Shown here: piece by piece, positions 33,249-38,116 of the stretch
How the letters are laid out: every line of letters starts with the position of its first letter
Position numbering within the stretch: the stretch's first letter is position 1
Source of the DNA: Vicugna vicugna
Taxonomy: Eukaryota
Assembly (NCBI GenBank): GCA_013265495.1
Contig: MU057584.1
Coordinates: 908,608 to 946,723 of the forward strand
Reading direction: 5' to 3'
Length of the DNA stretch: 38,116 nucleotides
The notes under the pieces: model-generated
What the model was told of the DNA's origin: nothing
Database searches by the model: none
What the model saw: only the letters and a program-made list of their open reading frames with translations
Position numbers and translations under genes: made by a program

Positions 33249-34559
33249 TAAAATAATTTTTTTAAAGATAAAATCCATAAGGAGAGAAAATGGAAGAGAG
33301 TTAATAAAAGGAATGATAGAAATAGTTGTGAATTACATATTATAATCATAATAGTGTAAACAATAAACATTAATTTTACCAAAAAAGTTGTGATACAATT
33401 ATATTAGGAAGATGAAGGGAGAGTTGGGAGCAACAAGATACGAAAACCATAGTGGGAGACAAGTGGTAATTGAAGAAAAAGTTCAAAAAATAGAAATAGA
33501 ATCACATTGTTAAGAAATATGGAAGTAAATACAAGGGGAAAGGGAAGAGGAACAGCTAAAATGAACACTTGTCTTGGGTATGGGACTCAGACAAATGGAA
33601 GAGGCAGAAAATGCCTGCTTTGTTATAAACCTTGCAATGTATTTGATCTGTAAAACTACGTGTGCTTTTTTCTTAGCGATTACTTTGATAAAAAATTAAA
33701 GATAAGTTTAAAAATCAACCCCAAGATTTTGTGGTGGGTATTAAGATAGAAATAATAAATAATCAGCACATTTACAGTGCCTATGCACATGGCGGTACCC
33801 AGCAAATACTAGTTTCCCACCTTTTGTCAGTTAGGCAGGGTAAGTGCTTGCAGTAATATGCATATGACTCAGAGGTTCGGTGGTTTGGCTAAGCACTCAT
33901 GTGAGGTATGTCACAAAGCAAATTATGTGCCCTTCTAATCTTTTTTTTTTTCCAATGAATGGTTTTATTGTGTCTGGGGAGGGGGTGTTCTCTCTGCAAG
34001 CTTTCAGGGGCCGCCCCTCTTGTGTTCAGCCCTCCTCTGAGCCCCTGCCCCATCCCAGGCCCATAAGAATGTCCCACAGCGGAGGGGGTCGGGGTGGGGG
34101 CAAAGGAAAGAGGCTCAACTCAACTCCCGGCTGTTGGGAGTCATGACCAGGCGGAAATCACTGAGGGTCCCCATGTGGCCGTGGTGCCTGCTGACCCCCT
34201 GCAAGGGTCTCACAGATACAGATACTGCCAAGGTCAGGGGAAGCCCCGTCTCTGAACCTGGGCTGGTGGTGACGTGGGTGTTTGGTTTTCTCTTCTCCAT
34301 ATGTTACGAAACAAAATGAAGACGGACGACGAGATTTTTGTACGTTCTCATGCAAGGATATCCTTGATGGAACGAGCCTGATACTGAGGGGCACACATTC
34401 TGATCTGGTTTTGATGAAAAGCAAATCATACTATTAACTGGCTGGGATTGTGGGACTTTCTTCTTTTCCTACTGGCTGATTGTATTTAACCAGCAGGTGT
34501 TCCAGAACAGGAAGGAACAAGAACAATCTCCTAAGAAGCAGAACCGCAGTGCCAGCTGG

Positions 34560-34950
34560 TGCCTGCCCAGGCCCTGTGACCCTCCAAAACTTCCTAGCCC
34601 TTAGGCATTGGCAGCATCCACCTGCTCCTCTTCAGAAGATAAACGCCAGATAGATGTTTGAGTAGCGAAACTAATGGCCTCGGGAAATCCCTGAATTCGC
34701 TGTAGCTCAGGCTGACTTCTGTCAGTCCATGTTTCCCCTGTCCCTTTGTGTTCACGATCCCTTCTTCAATAAAAAACCCTGCATGTTCACACTTGGGCAC
34801 TCACACAGGCACCTATTCTCTGTTTGACTCATTGTTCCCTAAAGCAGGGAACCTATTAAAAGCTTTCCTTTGTTCTTCAATTTCTCTTGGTTTCTGATAA
34901 ATTCTTTTTACCAACCCACGTCACCAGCCCACCATGTGTCCTCCAATAAG
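34560..34950 (+). mobile_element. Possible ERV LTR remnant
   Basis: aataaaaaaccctgc...attaaaagctttcctttg...tctgataaattcttttaccaacccacg...aagaacc resembles an LTR R/U5 layout. By eye only. Confidence 0.4.
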
Positions 34951-36534
34951 AACCTCTGTGGATCGATCCAAAAGTGAGCCTCTTCCAGGAGCCTGCACCC
35001 AACCCGCCCCAAGTCGTGCACTAACTTGAAGTCACGTGCAGTATTCCACGTGGCAGGGCAGTCCGTCCACCTACCGTCCAGTGGGTTGTTGCCACCTGAG
35101 CCGCACTTGGGATGGGAGACAGAAACCTTGGAACCAACCAGATGTTTTGAGTGTGACTCACCAAGCCTGGGACCTTAGCTCCCAAATTGCAAGATCACAG
35201 AGATAAGTGCATGGAGACTGGGCTTAAATATTCAGTGCGATCATGATTGGCGAGGGTCTGCCCCTGAGTGGGGATGGCTCTGGTGAGTGGTTGGTGTTGG
35301 GGGTCCTGGTCTCATGCTCCCTGGAAAGCCGGGGAACACTAGGGCTGCAATTCTTCCCTCCGTCCCCAGACACCCTTCTCCACTCTTGCCTGCCATTCTC
35401 TGCTCCCAGGAAGCTGAGTGCGTGGGATGGCATCGCCGAGACACTGTCCTCTATTTCTGGTGGGCACTGACTTGGGGCAGTGCCCTCAAGAGGGGGGACA
35501 AGAGAAGGTAAAGCTGGGGTAGTTTCCCCGGCTCCTCCATGGCTTGGCTGCAGCTTGCATCTGCCCATCTGGGTCCTGCTCCTGGTTTCCTTCTGAGATC
35601 TCCGGGTGGTGTCAGCTCTGCTATGTCCAGTTCCTGGGGGCCTCAGCCCCTCCCTGGCTCCCTTCAGCCTGCCCATACCTGCCCACGCTGCTGTCTTGCA
35701 CTCTCTTCAATAAACAAAATGAACAAAGCAAATAAACAGGAAAAACCCGCACAGCCCCCTAGGGCGCTAGGGGGCCATTAGCCTGGCCCTTGAGGTCTTG
35801 CACAAATCCAGCCTCACCAGCTCATCTCAGCCCACCCCACCCTGCTCCAGCCACACTGACCACTCTTGGTGGCAGCTGGAGCTTTGCACAGGCCCTGCCC
35901 TTTACTGGAACACCCTTCCCTCACAAACTGCTGTTCATGAGAGTGGTTCATAAATCCACCCTCACCTGGCCAGAGGGGGTCTGATGCCTTCTCCTCCGAG
36001 ACTTCTTATTGGTCACTTAAAATAGATACAGAACACTTTAGAGGATAAGTCCCACTTTGTACATACAGGTACATTGACCAATATGTATACAATTAATAAT
36101 TTTTTTCTCTTCACATACACAGGCTTAGGATCACGAAACACAGCTAAAAGTTAACAATGATCATCTCTGGGTAGTGGGATTACAGACGATTTTTTTCATT
36201 CCATTTTTTGTTTTTCAGTGTTTGCTGTGATTTCTCTAGAGAGCCTGCTGTGTTTGGAAATCTGTGGAAAATAAAGAAATGACCGGAATGGAGTTCCTTT
36301 CTGTACTCACTCCTCCAATTCCAAGTCAGCCCTCGGCTCTTAATCACGCAAGGCTTGGAGCCATACCCTCCTTTCCACAGCCCCAGGCCCTGTGTGATCT
36401 GGTCACTGACCCTTCATTTTGCCCACTATGCTGTACACCTTGAGCTCCAGGACAAGGTCATTTAAAAAAAAATTTTTTTTGCACATCCTTCCTCACTCTC
36501 ATCTCTGGACCTTTGCACATGTTGCTCCCTTTGC

Positions 36535-36702
36535 ACCTGGTTTCTGCAGGACCTCACCCCATGCCCCTTTTCCCTTTGTTGACTTTAACTTGTATCCTTT
36601 CACTGAAATGAAATATAACCATGTGTATATCACCTTTTGTGTCCTGTGAGTCCTTCTTAGCATATCATCAGGTCTGAGGGTGGTTTGGGGGAACCCCGAC
36701 AA
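36535..36702 (+). mobile_element. MER21-like LTR 3' end
   Basis: cccatgccccttttccctttgttgactttaacttgtatcctttc...tcctgtgagtccttcttagc...ctgagggtggtttgggggaaccccgaca. Confidence 0.55.
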
Positions 36703-36739
36703 AAGGAGATTCAAGGATTCAATGATATGATTCTTGACA

Positions 36740-37210
36740 ATGAGGCATCAAATCACACAGGTCAGAACAGCCACCACGGAAGAGTCCACAAATGATAAAT
36801 GCTGGAGAGGGTGTGGAGAGAAAGAACCCTTCTGTACTGTTGATGGGAATGTAATTTGGTGCAGCCACTATGAAAAACAATCTGGAGATTCCTTAAAAAA
36901 CTAAAAATAGATTTACCATACAATCCAGCAATCCCAGTCCTGGGCATATATCCAGAGGAAACTCTAATTCAAAAAGATACATGCACCCCAATAGTGCCTC
37001 ATAGCAGCACTATTTACAATAGCCAGGACATGGAAGCAAAGCAACACACAAGGGAATACTATTCAGCCATAAAAAAGAATAAAATAATGCCATTTGCAGC
37101 AACACGGACGGACCTGGAGATTGTCATACTAAGTGAAATAAGCCAGAAACAGAAAGACAAATATCATGTGATATGACTTGTATGTGGAATCTAAAAATAG
37201 GACACAAATG
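36740..37210 (+). mobile_element. L1 ORF2 C-terminus and start of 3'UTR
   Basis: aaatgctggagagggtgtggagagaaagaaccct...ggtgcagccactatg...ccagcaatccc...atagcagcactatttacaatagccaggacatggaagca...ggacctggagattgtcatactaagtgaa. Confidence 0.92.
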
Positions 37211-38116
37211 GAGTGCTCCTTGATCTGCAGGTTCAGGTTCACAGAAGGCTGCAGCCAGGCTCAAAATGGAACCATGTTTTGCAACCAGTAAGACAATGAA
37301 GTTACTGTTTGGAGCCCTCAGGGCAGGATTCATCAAACTGAATATGCAATGGAAGCTGTCAAACAAGGTTCAGCCACAGCTGGTCTGAAATACAAAACCC
37401 TTGCAGTGTCGGTTGCATTGCAGAGAGCACAGTCAGAACTTGCAGCTCATCAGAAGAAAATTCTCCATGTTGATAACCATATTGGTGTCTCAATTGTGGA
37501 ACTTACTGCTGATGCTAGACTGTTACGTAATTTTATGTGCCAGGAGTGTTTGGATTCCAGATTTGTATTTGACAGACCTCTCCCTGAGTCTCGTCTTGTA
37601 TCTCTAATTGGAAGCAAAACTCAGATACCAACGCAACGATATGGCCGGAGACCATATGGTGTTGGGTTGCTTATTGCTGGTTATGATGATATGGGCCCTC
37701 ACATTTTCCAGACCTGTCTGTCTGCTAACTATTTTGACTGCAGAGCTATGTCTATTGGAGTCTGTTCTCAGTCAGCTTGTACTTACTTAGAGACACATGT
37801 CGGAGTTTATGGAGTACAATTTGAATGAACCGGTTAAGCATGGTCTGCGTGCCTTACAGAAGACACTTCTTGCAGAACAGGACCTAACTACAAAGAACGT
37901 TTCCATTGGAATTGTTGGTAAAGACTTTACGATTTATGGTGATGTTGACATGTCTCCATTCCTGGAAAGGCTTCAAGAAAGACCACAGAGAAAGGCACAG
38001 CCTGCTCAACCTGCTGATGAAGCTGCAGAAAAGGCTGTTGAACCAATGGAACATTAATGATAGACCAGTCTATATGTGGATTATCAAACATGTAAGAATG
38101 CAGGAACACATACTGA
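37211..38116 (+). pseudogene. PSMA1: Processed (intronless) pseudogene of proteasome subunit alpha type-1; former CDS 37274-38057
   Basis: [38 protein letters not shown]...[28 protein letters not shown]...[11 protein letters not shown]...[29 protein letters not shown] at codon 6 (37289-37291), frameshift near 37790-37796, no introns, UTR-like flanks. Confidence 0.96.

Noticed and set aside
34134..34319. Second signal-peptide-like exon (MWPWCLLTPCKG)
   Set aside because: Hydrophobic stretch too short, and I found no phase-compatible exon chain or cysteine domain for it.
37349..38057. Functional PSMA1 gene
   Set aside because: Intronless, with a stop at codon 6 and a frameshift splitting the CDS.

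Overview
Mammalian genomic DNA, probably camelid judging by its tRNA-derived SINEs, syntenic with the human 19q13.32 RTN2-PPM1N-VASP-OPA3 block. It holds RTN2 exons 1-8 (minus strand, running off the left edge), complete PPM1N (5 coding exons, 423 aa), complete VASP (13 coding exons, 381 aa), the distal OPA3B-type terminal exon of OPA3 (minus), and a processed PSMA1 pseudogene abutting an L1 3' end. L1, L2, MIR, MER5A, LTR-like and SINE repeats are scattered throughout. Top finding: a spliced plus-strand gene candidate, not visible as one ORF in the track, nested antisense in the OPA3 intron (30574-32767 plus a terminal exon). It encodes a signal peptide and a C-CC-CC-C cysteine domain, with an exon layout resembling IGFL-family secreted ligands. 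Other findings: an overlapping uORF pair in the RTN2 leader, a frame-broken RTN2 exon 5, Gly in place of the PP2C phosphate-binding Arg in PPM1N, and an A/B-mosaic OPA3 exon. Exon boundaries were read by eye from GT/AG sites and phase continuity. Homolog comparisons are from memory, not searches, and repeat boundaries are approximate.
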